Part shown: positions 25,467-37,755 of the stretch, in pieces
Layout: each line of letters starts with the position of its first letter
Numbering within the stretch: the stretch's first letter is position 1
From: Scyliorhinus canicula
Lineage: Eukaryota
Reading direction: 5' to 3'
NCBI RefSeq assembly: GCF_902713615.1
Contig: NC_052158.1
Location: 34,947,990-35,011,989 of the forward strand
DNA length: 64,000 nt
Position numbers and translations under genes: made by a program
Notes under the pieces: generated by a model
The model's database searches: none
Told to the model about the DNA's origin: nothing
Seen by the model: the letters and a program-made list of their open reading frames with translations, nothing else

Positions 25467-26791
25467 CTTCATGAAAAAAAAGAAAGAAAATTATTTTAAT
25501 TGACGCTGAATATTTTGCCCTGCCTAAACATATTACACAGTTCGTCTGCTAGACTGCTTAAATAGGTAGTTGAGAATTATACTTTGACAAGCGGTTAATC
25601 TTGAGTTTTTAATCATATACTTGCCACACGCACACACACACATCAGTCTGTCAGGTTGACACACGCCCATGCATGCGCACACACACACCTGTCTGGAGCA
25701 CTGGGCGGAACCTTCCGGGCCTGTCAGAAGCTGGGAGCTTGGCAGGGAAACCTAATGTGGCGTGCGGCCAAATGTCAGTTTGCTGACGGTGGGATGTACT
25801 TTAGGAATTCTGTCATCTGGGACTTCGAAGGTGGGTTAATGGCGGCTGGAGCTTATCCGGCGAAAGATGCTGGGAAGCCATTTTGCATGGCCGTGGCATG
25901 TCAAGCGTTAAAAGGGCCACCTTGTCGGGATTAAGCCCACCCCCCTCCCTTCCAAAATTACATTGACCACCAACGAGAAATTTGAAAGTTCATGTTCCCA
26001 GCTGCGCACATGGTGAGGTAGATTCCCCCCCACCATTAATGGTGAGTTTGCCGCCGCATTGTTCTCCATGGGAGGAAGTGGTGCCTCTGTAAATGGCAGC
26101 CTGCACTTGAGACCGGGCGGCGGCAGCACGTGTTGGGGGGAGGATGACCAATAAAGGGAGGAAGGCTCGTCCGCATTTGGGGAAGGGTGGAGGGGCAAAG
26201 GTGGAAGGGACATAGTGCTGGCTGTCCAGGTGCCCTTTAAATATGGCAACTGGGTTCGACCCTGTGAAGTAACAGCACTTTCTGACTGGTTCCGCCCTCC
26301 CTCCCTCCCATCACTGTGAGAATCGGAGAGCTATCCCCTCCGACCCACCGCTTCCCATGTCCACTCCTGCCACCAAACTTAGACTCCAGAACGGGAGGCA
26401 TAACCTCTCGACGGGTCCATAGAATCCCTAACATGCAGAAGGTAATTTGGCTCATCATGTCTGACACCGCCCCCCCCCCCCAACCCCCACCTACCCTGCT
26501 CTATCCCCGTAACCCCGTGCATTGATCATGACCAATCCACCTAACTTGCACATCTTTGGGCTGTGGGGAGGGAACCGGAGCACCCGGAGGAAGCCCACGC
26601 AGACACGGGGGGAAAGCGCAAACTCCACACAGACAGCCATCCGAGGCCCGAATCGAACCTAGATTCCTGGTGCCGTGAGGCCGACAGCTCTAACCACTGT
26701 GCCACCGTACCGCCCGGCCGTTCCCAGCATTTCTACACCGACAGGAATATAAGATTATGTCTGCAGAAAGTCTGCAATCCCATTCCATTAC

Positions 26792-27025
26792 CTGCAGGAA
26801 CTGTATGTCATCTTGTTCCGCCAACTGTTCTTTTCTCTTTACGATTTCCACACCGACAGACGTCAGTCCTTCCTGGATCTCCCCCAGTCTCGTTTCCATC
26901 CTTTTCATGTCAGTTTCCACATTTCCCTCCAGTTTCTCCACCAAGCTCTGCTCCTTTCTCTCGATGAGCTGGCCTATTTCAGCGAAGCACTGCTTGACGT
27001 GCCTCAAGTCAGTCAGAAATGCCTC
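26792..27025 (-). CDS. TRIM exon 3 (234 nt, coiled coil)
   Basis: TTGCAG acceptor and GTAATG donor, phase 0-0; EAFLTDLRHVK...DDIQFLQ. Confidence 0.9.
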
Positions 27026-27153
27026 CTGCAAGGGAGAGAAAACCCAGCGTTTACAAGGGGGGCCGCCATCACTGGGGCGGCGGGGGGCGGGCAGGGGTGA
27101 TGGACAGGAAAATGAGTCACCCAGTGACAAGAGAAAACCCCTGCTGGACCTAC

Positions 27154-27249
27154 TTGCACCGCTGTGATGTTGCGTTTTTGTTCATGTCGGACCTCGATGA
27201 GCGTTGTCTCCTCCTCGTTCAGCTTCTCCAAGGATTCTTTCAGTGCGTC
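27154..27249 (-). CDS. TRIM exon 2 (96 nt, coiled coil)
   Basis: TTGCAG acceptor and GTAGGT donor; the classic 96-nt TRIM exon, DALKESLEKL...ITAVQ. Confidence 0.9.
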
Positions 27250-27394
27250 CTGCAATCAGACAGGACACCATCAAATAAAACCAAGTGGGGGGGGAGGGGG
27301 GTACAGACTGAGAGGGGCACTGACCTCCCAAAACACCACCATCACTTATGACCGACTGAGGGCTGTGCAGCTTACACTTCCCAGTTCTCTGTTC

Positions 27395-27770
27395 GGTAGC
27401 ACAGTGGTTAGTAATATTCTGCTTTTAGCTCCTTGGTTAAGAAGGATTGTGGGATACCTTCCTCTAACAATAGCACAGTGGTTAGCACTGTTGCTTTGCA
27501 GCTCCAGGGTCCCAGGTTCGATTCCCAGCTTGGGTCACTGTCTGTGCAGAGTCTGCACGTTCCCCCCCGTGTCTGTGTGGGTTTCCTCCGGGTGCTCCGG
27601 TTTCCTCCCACAAGCCCCGAAAGACGTGCTGTTAGGTGAATTGGACATTCTGAATTCTCCCTGTGTGTACCCGAACAGGTGCCGGAATGTGGCAACCAGG
27701 GGCTTTTCACAGTAACTTCATTGCAGTGTTAATGTAAGTCTACTTGTGACAATAATAAAGATTATTATTA
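27395..27770 (+). mobile_element. tRNA-derived SINE, second tail type (ending AATAATAAAGATTATT), in TRIM intron 1
   Basis: Box A/B head and distinct 3' part also seen at ~2660-2950, 38060-38190, 53810-53980 and 61150-61330. Confidence 0.8.
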
Positions 27771-27799
27771 TTACCTATGCTCAACCCCTTCCACATATT

Positions 27800-28620
27800 G
27801 ACTTTTAATGCAAGGGGTTTGAAGTACAGTATCACACAGTCCCACATGTATACAATATAGATACTATATTCCCCCTCTGAATATACACAGAACAGACCCT
27901 GTGTCTCACAGTCCCATATGGATACAATAGATATTGTGTTCTCCCGCTGAATGTACACAGAACAGATCCTGTGTCACACAGTCCCACATGTATACAATAT
28001 AGATTGATGCACGATCAATGAACACAGAAACGAAGGAGTAGTCCGAATCAGTGTTTAATCTACAAGAAGTGTGCCCAGCAGCAGGAGTACAGAAATGACC
28101 TGGCTGCTGGGAAACACGGGTTCTTATACTCCACCTTGTAGGCGGAGCTACCTTCCTCTCGACCAATGAGAAGACAACGCTTGGGCCAATGGGCAGTGAG
28201 CCTTCTACACCAATAGCAGCTCACACACCCAGGTACCGTAATACCCCGAGTCATACCACCACATACTGTATTCTCCCCCTCAATATACACAGAACAGATA
28301 CTGTGTCATACAGACCCGCATGTACACAATGCAGATACTGTATTCCCTCTCTGAATATACACAGAACATATACTGTGTCACACAGTCCCACATGTACAGA
28401 TACTGTATTCTCCCTTTCAATATACACAGAACTCCTTCAGACATCTATACACTCTACTGTATCACACACACAGGTATGTACATAATACAGATACTGTACC
28501 ACATAGGGACAAAATGTGCACAATAAACAAATATGTCACATATAGGGATCTGCACAGAACAAATACAGATTGACGGTGTCACACTCAGATATACAGAATA
28601 TGTATGGAATGAACGTTCAT
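27800..28620. repeat. Degenerate ~75-bp minisatellite in TRIM intron 1, interrupted by a solo LTR
   Basis: Recurring CACAGTCCCACATG...AGATACT.TATT...CTGAATATACACAGAACA blocks. Confidence 0.75.
28005..28263 (-). mobile_element. Solo LTR related to the Gypsy element at 7553-11985
   Basis: Shares the termini TGATGCACGATCAAT... and ...CACCACA and the internal GGCGGAGCTA motif. Confidence 0.75.
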
Positions 28621-28701
28621 ATCTGTGCACCAGAAACACACACACTGGACAGAATCGAAACACAGTTAATCATTGCACTCATGTTGCCCTGCAGCCCTCA
28701 C

Positions 28702-29127
28702 CTTGTGAAGTGTGACAGAGGCAGCTATGGTGCTGACCAGGTGCTGTTGGTACTGCCCTCCCTCCTGGCACAGGGCACACAGGAGTGCCTGCTCGCTCTG
28801 GCAGTAGTGGCTGTACTGGGCTCCGTGCCGAGGGCAGCAGCGACCCCCCTCCTCCTCCTCCTCCTCCTCGCCCCCGGGAGCCTGGCTCTCCCGGACCTGC
28901 TCCACCGCGTTTCTCAGAGCGTGGACCGCCTTGGTCCTCCTGTCGGGGAATTCGGCCCGGCACTCCGGGCAGGACACCCGGGGCTGCTGCTTGTCCCAGA
29001 ACTGGTTGATGCAGGGCTGGCAGTAGCTGTGCCCGCACTCCAGCGTGCTGGCATCGACGAGGAGCTGCAGGCAGATGGGGCACAGCAGATTCTCACTGAG
29101 ACTCACAGCCTTTTCGCTGGCTGCCAT
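28702..29127 (-). CDS. TRIM exon 1: C3HC4 RING and degenerate B-box 2
   Basis: GAGATGG start; CPIC..CGHSYCQPC..CPEC RING; CPRH..C..E..C..C..Y..H B-box; GTGAGG donor, phase 0. The six exons sum to 2280 nt (759 aa plus stop). Confidence 0.93.
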
Positions 29128-29144
29128 CTCGGACACTTTCTCTC

Positions 29145-29158
29145 CTTTCACTTTCACT
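29145..29158 (-). promoter_or_regulatory. ISRE/IRF element upstream of the TRIM ATG
   Basis: AGTGAAAGTGAAAG matches the GAAANNGAAA consensus; an extra GAAAGT half-site lies closer to the ATG. Confidence 0.6.
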
Positions 29159-29539
29159 CCAGCTCAGACACACACACCTCTTTCTTTCTATCCCTCTCTC
29201 TAATTATATATCTTTACTTCTATATATATATATGCATTTAACACATTCCAGTAACACCCTGAGAATTGGCAGACAAAGGGCAGGAATTATTGGGAGGCAG
29301 CAGAAATATCAACAACATTTAGCTTCGCAGGTCCTCGACTGGTTTCTCTTCCGTCCCGCCTCAACGGATCAAGAAAGTTGATTCACCACCTCCCCCCCCC
29401 CCCCCAGGTTCCTTCCTGTCTGGCAACTGAGTAAATATCAGTTCAGAGGTCACTGTTCAGGAGCCACACACTCACAAACATTTACTGTCTCTTTCAGGTG
29501 TGGCTCAGTGAAGCAGCGCTGGGCTCAGAAGCATAGAAT

Positions 29540-30090
29540 CCCTCCAGTGTAAGAGGAGGCCATGCGGCCCATCCAGCCTGCACCCTGCCCCTCTGAAACA
29601 GCACCCCACCCAAGCCATATCCCAATAACCCCTCAGCCTGCTGGATACTGAAAAGAAATGCCCAATGGCTGGAATTGAACCCGGGTCCCTGGCACTGCGA
29701 GGCAACGGTGCTGACCGCTGTGCCACCCCAGCACTTAAGGGGCAGCACGGTAGCATTGTGGCTAGCACAATTGCTTCACAGCTCTAGGGTCCCAGGTTCA
29801 ATTCCGGGTTGGGTTACTGTCTGTGTGGATTCTGCACGTTCTCCCCGTGTGTGTGTGTGGGTTTCCTCCGGGTGCTCCGGTTTCCTCCCACAGTCCAAAG
29901 ATGTGCAGGTTAGGTGGATTGGCCATGCTAAATTGCCCTCAGTGTCCAAAATTGCCCTTAGTATTGGGTGGGGTTTCTTGGGTTATGGGGATAGGGTGGA
30001 AGTGTTGACCTTGGGTAGGGTGTCCTTTCCAAGAGCTGGTGCAGACTTGATGGGCCAAATGGCCTCCTTCTGCACTGTAAATTCTATGAT
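29540..30090. mobile_element. Head-to-head SINE pair upstream of the TRIM gene
   Basis: Minus copy ~29540-29735 and plus copy ~29741-30090, with heads a few bp apart. Confidence 0.8.
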
Positions 30091-30670
30091 TAAGAGCAAC
30101 CCAGGCCAGTGAGTGGCTCTCATTGGTCTCGGTGCCTGCAAGATTAAAACCGGGCATGTTCACGAACCGTGAACCCCCCCACGAGTCAGATTGAGATATA
30201 TCCAAATATTTCATAATGGGTTGTAGAAAATGCTTAATCAGCGATGTAGTATTTACAGCTTGAAAGAATATGTAAATAGCCCAACTCGGGAAGGGGTTAT
30301 ATTATGAAAATGAAAAATGAAAATCGCTTATTGTCACGAGTAGGCTTCAATGAAGTTACTATGAAAAGCCCCTAGTCGCCACATTCCGGCGCCTGTCCGG
30401 GGAGGCTGGTACGGGAATCGAACCGTGCTGCTGGCCTGCTTGGTCTGCTTTAAAAGCCAGCGATTTAGCCTTGTGAGCTAAACCAGCCTCCTGAGCTAAA
30501 CCAGCCTATTAGACCTGGTGCTGGTGTTGGAGGGCATTTTGTGATACTGGACTATGATATAAATTATAGGTGGCCCTGTAACTACATTTGTGCTCCTATG
30601 TTACTTTTGAATAGTTCTGATGAAATAAAAGGTACTCATTGGCTTAGACGCCTGTTTAGAAGAGGCAATT

Positions 30671-31244
30671 TGTAGAAATAGATAGTGTATACACAATGCT
30701 GTTAATATCAGAAAAGACATAAAATGGCTGTTAGCTAATTTGTGATATTAAAGACACAAAATGGCTGAACAAGTCACATTCCCTGTAAACTGGCTCATGA
30801 AAACCAACTGTGGGTATGTATAGGGAGTATCCCAACAGCCGCTGATAACAGCTTCACAGGACAAGACACGCAATGTATCCTTGATAAAGCTCAAGATCTA
30901 CAGCTGTACACAGGACACATCATTATGTTAGTTTTGAATGACTTCTGTATGAAGTTAGGGGCGGGTAAGACAACACCCACTTGTGATAATTGGGAAGCTA
31001 AGAAAATTGATTGACTGCATGTAATAAGTGTGACGGGAATACAGTTGATTGATTGTACATAAATGAGGAAACAACTAATCCCACCCCTTGAATCTGTATA
31101 TTAACCTGTGTGAGCTTTAGCTCAAGTGAGAGAAGGTGCTGTCAAAGGCTGCGGAGTCTGAGACCTTCCCTCCCAGAATTCTGACATAACAAACTGCTTT
31201 TTTACTTATACGCAGGCCTTTGTGTGAATATTTTCCCTCTAACA
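30671..31244 (+). mobile_element. Possible solo LTR
   Basis: TG...CA ends and LTR-like composition; no TSD found. Confidence 0.3.
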
Positions 31245-33545
31245 CTGGGAAATGAGCTTGGACAGGTGATCAAAGTTTCAGTAGGAGGTGATTTCGTGAA
31301 CTGTGATCATAATTCTGTAAGTTTTAAGCTGCTGATAGGAAAGGACAAGAGTGGTCCTCAGGTGCAGGTGTTAGACTGGGGGAATGCTAATTACAACGCA
31401 TTAGGCAGGATCTGCAGTGTGTTGACTGGGCGAGGCTTTTTGTGGGAAAATCAACATCCGGCTTGTGGGAGGCTTTCAAATGTCAGTTGATTAGAATTCA
31501 GGACCGGCATGTACCTGTGAGGATGAAAGATACGGGTGGCAAGTATGGGGAACCCTGGATAATGAGGATATTATGAACCATATCAAAATGAAAAAGGAAG
31601 CATTCGTAATGTCCAAACGGCTTAGGATAGATGAAGCCCTTGAAGAATACAAAACAAGTAGGAAGGAACTTAAGGTAGGAGTTAGGCAGGCTAAAAGGGG
31701 TCATGAAATGTCATTGGCAAACAGCATTAAGGAAAATCCTAAGGCGCTTTATACATATATAAAGAGCAGGAGGGTAGCCAGAGAAAGGGTCGGTCCATTC
31801 AGGGATATTGGAGGGAATCTATGTATGGAACCAGAGGAAATGTGAGAGATACTAGATGAATACTTTGCCTCAGTATTCACCAAAGAGGACGACTTGATGG
31901 ATGAGGAGTATAGAGTGTGAAGATATTCTGAGTCATGTTGATATTATTAAAGGAGGTGTTGGACACTCATCTATTAAAGTAGATACATCCCGAGGGCCTG
32001 ATGGGATCTACCCAAAAATACTGTGAGAGGCAAGGGAGGAAATTGCTGGGGCCTTGTCAGAAATCTGTGTATCCTCATTAGCTACAGGTGAAGTTCCAGA
32101 GGACTGGAGAGTAGCCAATGTTGTTCCATTGTTTAAGAAGGGCATCAGGGATAGTCCAGGAAATGATAGGCCGTTGAGTCTTACATCAGCAGTAGAGAAA
32201 TTATTGTAAAAGTTTCTTAGAGATAGGATTTACTCACATTTGGAAACAAATGGACTTATTAGTGATGGACAGCATGGTTTTGTGAAGGGGAGGTCGTGCC
32301 TCACTAATTTAATTGAGTTTTTCGAGGAAGTGACAAAGACGATAGATGAGGGAAAGGCAGTAGATGTTGTATACATGGACTTCAGTAAAGCCTTTGACAA
32401 GATACCTCATGGTAGACTGGTTCAAAAGCTGAAGTCACATGGGATCAGAGGAGAGCTGGCAAGTTGGATCAGAACTGGCTTGGGCACAGAAGACAGAGGG
32501 TAGCAGTAGAAGGGTGGTTTTCTGAATGGAGGGTTGACTGGCGGCATTTCACAGGGATCAGTTCTGGGGCCTTTGTTTAGCGTGGTGTATATAAATGATT
32601 TGGAAGAAAATGTAGCTGGTCTGATTAGAAAGTTCGCAGGCAACACAAAAATTGTTGGAGTTGTGGATAGTGAAGAGGATTGTCAGAGGATACAACAGAA
32701 TATAAACTGGTTGGAGTCTTGGGCAGAGAATTGGCAGGTGGAGTTTAATCCGGATAAGTGTGAGGTAATGCACTTTGGAAGGTCCAATGCATGTAGGGAT
32801 TACACAATAAATGGTAGAATTCTTGCAAGTACTGACAGGGAAAGAGATCTAGGCGTGTATGTCCACCGATCACAGAAAGTGGCAAAGCATGTGGATAAGG
32901 TGGTCAAGAAGGCATACAGCATGCTGACTATCGTCGGTCGGGGCATTGAATATAAAAATTGGCAAGTCATGTTGCAACTGTACAGGACCTTAGTTAGGCC
33001 TCTTTTGGAATATTGTGTACAATTCTGGTCGCCACACTACCTGAAGGATGTGGATGCTTTATGTAGGGAACAGAAGCAGTTGACAAAGATGTTGCCTGGT
33101 CTGGAGGGCATTAGCTATGAGGAGAGGTCAGATAAACTGGGTCTGTCCTCACTGGAACAACGGAGGTTGAGAGGCGACCTGATACAGGTCTACAAGATTA
33201 TAAGTGGCATGAACAGAATGGATAGTCAGATGCTCTTTCCTAGGGTGGGAGAGTCAAGTACTAGAGGACATAGGTTTAAAGTTTGTGGGGAAAAATTTAA
33301 AACAGATGTACGAGGCAAGTTGTTTACACAGAGGGTGGTATATATATGGAACGCACTGCCTGGGGAGGTGGTGGAAGCTGGTACGATAGTGGTAATTAAG
33401 GGGCATCTAGACAAATATATGAATAGGATGGGAATGGAAGGATGCGGACTCGGTAAGTGCAGATGGTTTTAGTTTAGGAAGATACCATGGTCGGTACAGG
33501 GTTGGAGGGCTGAAGGGCCTGTTCCTGTGCTGCATTGTTCTTTGT
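31245..33545 (+). mobile_element. CR1 LINE, 5'-truncated ORF2 (RT) and 3'UTR, decayed
   Basis: QHGFVKGRSCLTNL, VYMDFSKAFD, GISQGSVLGP, YINDL..KFAGN and FTQRVV.IWNALP motifs with frame breaks. Confidence 0.92.
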
Positions 33546-33649
33546 TAGAACTTCATATACTTCAAATGGTTAAAAAAAAGAAATGTTACTTGTTGGACGC
33601 AGAGGAAGCAAACGGCTGTCAGTCAATGCCGTGCGCGATCATCACGCAC

Positions 33650-36600
33650 CCTCGATTCACGCGCCCCCGCTTCACACACCCTCACTTCACACACCCTCAC
33701 TTCACACACACCCTCACTTCACACACACCCTCACTTCACACACCCTCACTTCACACACACCCTCACTTCACACACCCTCACTTCACACACACCCTCACTT
33801 CACACACACCCTCACTTAACACACACCCTCACTTAACACACACCCTCGTTTTACACACCCTCGCTTCACACACCCTCGCTTCACACACCCTCACTTCACA
33901 CACCCTCGCTTCACGTACCCTCACTTCACACACACCCTCACTTAACACACACCCTCGTTTCACACACCCTCGCTTCACATACCCTCACTTCACGTACCCT
34001 CGCTTCACACACCCTCACTTCACACACCCTCACTTCACACACCCTCACTTCAAACACCCTCACTTCACACACCCTCACTTCATACACCCTCGCTTCACAT
34101 ACCCTCACTTCACACACACCCTCACTTAACACACCCTCACTTCACACACCCTCGCTTCACACACACCCTTGTTTCACACACCCTCACTTAACACACACCC
34201 TCGTTTCACACACCCTCGCTTCACACACCCTCGCTTCACACACCCTCACTTCACGTACCCTCGCTTCACACACCCTCACTTCACGTACCCTCACTTCACA
34301 CACACCCTCACTTCACACACACCCTCACTTCACACACCCTCACTTCACACACCCTCACTTCACACACACCCTCACTTCACACACATCCTCACTTCACACA
34401 CCCTCACTTCACACACCCTCACTTCACACACCCTCACTTCACACACCCTCGCTCCACGTACCCTCACTTCACATACCCTCACTTCACACACCCTGACTTC
34501 ACACACCCTCGGTTCACACACCCTCGCTTCACGTACCCTCACTTCACACACCCTCACTTCACGCACCCTCACCACACACCCTCACTTCACACACCCTCGC
34601 TTCACACACCCTCACTTCACACACCCTCGGTTCACACACCCTCGCTTCACGTACCCTCACTTCACGCACCCTCACTTCACACACTCTCACTTCACACACC
34701 CTCGCTTCACACACCCTCACTTCACCCTCGCTTCACACACCCTCACTTCACACACCTTCGCTTCACACACCCTCGTTTCACACACCCTCGCTTCACACAC
34801 ACCCTCACTTCACACACCCTCGCGTCACACACCCTCACTTCACGTACCCTCGCTTCACACACCCTTGCTTCACACACCCTCACTTCACACACCCTCACTT
34901 AACACACCCTCACTTCACTCACCCTCACTTAACACACACCCTCGTTTCACACACCCTCGCTTCACGTACCCTCACTTCACGTACCCTCACTTCACGTACC
35001 CTCACTTCACGTACACTCGCTTCACACACCCTCGCTTCACACACCCTCACTTCACACACCCTCACTTCACACACCCTCACTTCACACACCCTCACTTCAC
35101 ACACACCCTCACTTCACACACCCTCACTTCACACACCCTCACTTAACACACCCTCACTTCACGCACCCTCACTTCACACACCCTCACTTTACGCACCCTC
35201 ACTTCACACACCCTCACTTCACGCACCCTCACCACATAACCTCACTTCACATACCCTCGTTTCACACACCCTCACTTCATGCACCCTCGCTTCACACACC
35301 CTCACTTAACACATACCCTCGTTTCACACACCCTCGTTTCACACACCCTCGTTTCACGCACCCTCACTTCACGCACCCTCACTTCACACACACCCTCGCT
35401 TCACACACCCTCACTTCACGCACCCTCACCACATAACCTCACTTCACACACCCTCACTTCACGCACCCTCGCTTCACACACCCTCACTTCACGCACCCTC
35501 GCTTCACACACCCTCACTTAACACACACCCTCGTTTCACACACCCTCGTGTCACACACCCTCGTTTCACACACCCTCACTTCACACACCCTCACTTCACA
35601 CACCCTCACTTCACATACCCGCACTTCACGCACCCTCGCTTCACACACCCGCACTTAACACACACCCTCGCTTCACACCCTCGCTTCACGCACCCTCGCT
35701 TCACGCACCCTCGCTTCATGCACCCTCACTTCACGTACCCTCACTTCACACACACCCTCACTTCACACACACCCTCACTTCACACACCCTCACTTCACAC
35801 ACCCTCACTTCACACACACCCTCACTTCACACACATCCTCACTTCACACACCCTCACTTCACACACCCTCACCTCACACACCCTCACTTCACACACCCTC
35901 ACTTCACACACCCTCGCTCCACGTACCCTCGCTTCACATACCCTCACTTCACACACCCTGACTTCACACACCCTCACTTCACACACCCTCGCTTCACGTA
36001 CCCTCACTTCACACACCCTCACTTCACGCACCCTCACCACACACCCTCACTTCACACACCCTCGCTTCACACACCCTCACTTCACACACCTTCGCTTCAC
36101 ACACCCTCACTTCACACACCCTCGCTTCACACACCCTCACTTCACACACCCTCGGTTCACACACCCTCGCTTCACGTACCCTCACTTCACACACCCTCAC
36201 TTCACGCACCCTCACTTCACACACTCTTACTTCACACACCCTCGCTTCACACACCCTCACTTCACACACCCTCGCTTCACACACCCTCACTTCACACACC
36301 CGTGTTTCACACACCCTCGCTTCACACACACCCTCACTTCACACACCCTCGCTTCACACACCCTCACTTCACGTACCCTCGCTTCACACACCCTTGCTTC
36401 ACACACCCTCACTTCACACACCCTCACTTAACACACCCTCACTTCACTCACCCTCACTTAACACAACCCTCGTTTCACACACCCTCGCTTCACATACCCT
36501 CACTTCACGTACCCTCACTTCACGTACCCTCACTTCACGTACACTCGCTTCACACACCCTCGCATCACACACCCTCACTTCACACACCCTCACTTCACAC

Positions 36601-37590
36601 ACCCTCACTTCACACACCCTCACTTCACACACACCCTCACTTCACACACCCTGACTTCACACACCCTCACTTAACACACCCTCACTTCACGCAACCTCAC
36701 TTCACACACCCTCACTTTACGCACCCTCACTTCACACACCCTCACTTCACGCACCCTCACCACATAACCTCACTTCACACACCCTCACTTCACGCACCCT
36801 CACCACATAACCTCACTTCACATACCCTCGTTTCACACACCCTCACTTCATGCACCCTCGCTTCACACACCCTCACTTAACACACACCCTCGTTTCACAC
36901 ACCCTCGTTTCACACACCCTCGTTTCACGCACCCTCACTTCACGCACCCTCACTTCACACACCCTCACTTCACACACCCTCACTTCACACACCCTCACTT
37001 CACGCACCCTCGCTTCACGCACCCTCGCTTCACACACCCTCACTTCACACACCCTCACTTCACACACCCTCGCTTCACGCACCCTCACTTCACACACACC
37101 CTCGCTTCACACACCCTCACTTCATGCACCCTCACCACATAACCTCACTTCACACACCCTCACTTCACGCACCCTTGCTTCACACACCCTCACTTCACGC
37201 ACCCTCGCTTCACACACCCTCACTTAACACACACCCTCGTTTCACACACCCTCGTGTCACACACCCTCGTTTCACACACCCTCACTTCACACACCCTCAC
37301 TTCACACACCCTCACTTCACACACCCTCACTTCACACACCCTCACTTCACACACCCTCACTTCACACACCCTCACTTCACGCACCCTCACTTCATGCACC
37401 CTCGCTTCACACACCCTCACTTCACACACCCTCACTTCACGCACCCGCAATTCACGCACCCTCGCTTCACACACCCTCACTTAACACACACCCTCGCTTC
37501 ACACCCTCGCTTCACGCACCCTCGCTTCACGCACCCTCGCTTCACGCACCCTCGCTTCATGCACCCTCACTTCACGCACCCTCGCTTTAC
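33650..37590. repeat. ~3.9-kb 15-bp minisatellite, (ACACCCTCACTTCAC)n
   Basis: Hundreds of variant units; the source of the THPHF/HTLTS ORFs. Confidence 0.97.
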
Positions 37591-37704
37591 CTGCCCTCAC
37601 AATTCTGCCCGTGGGCAATGGTTAACAAAATGTTTCAAGGGCCGTACTCAGAACCCAGAAGGGCCTCCTGTGCCTCCCCCCCCCCCCTCCCCCCCCGCCT
37701 ACAG

Positions 37705-37755
37705 TGTGCAGTGTGCCCACCACTGACACCATAGAGGTGCTGGAACAATTCAAAT
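37705..37755 (+). CDS. Candidate 51-nt phase 1-1 exon (CSVPTTDTIEVLEQFK)
   Basis: Pyrimidine tract and CAG, GTAAGG donor; only the phase-1 frame is open; no homology recognised. Confidence 0.25.

Noticed and set aside
29128-29157. Longer TRIM N-terminus given by the ORF track
   Set aside because: It uses a GTG inside the ISRE; the ATG at 29127 has good Kozak context and normal RING spacing.
33527-37726. Long His/Thr/Pro-rich ORFs
   Set aside because: Translations of a stop-free 15-bp minisatellite.
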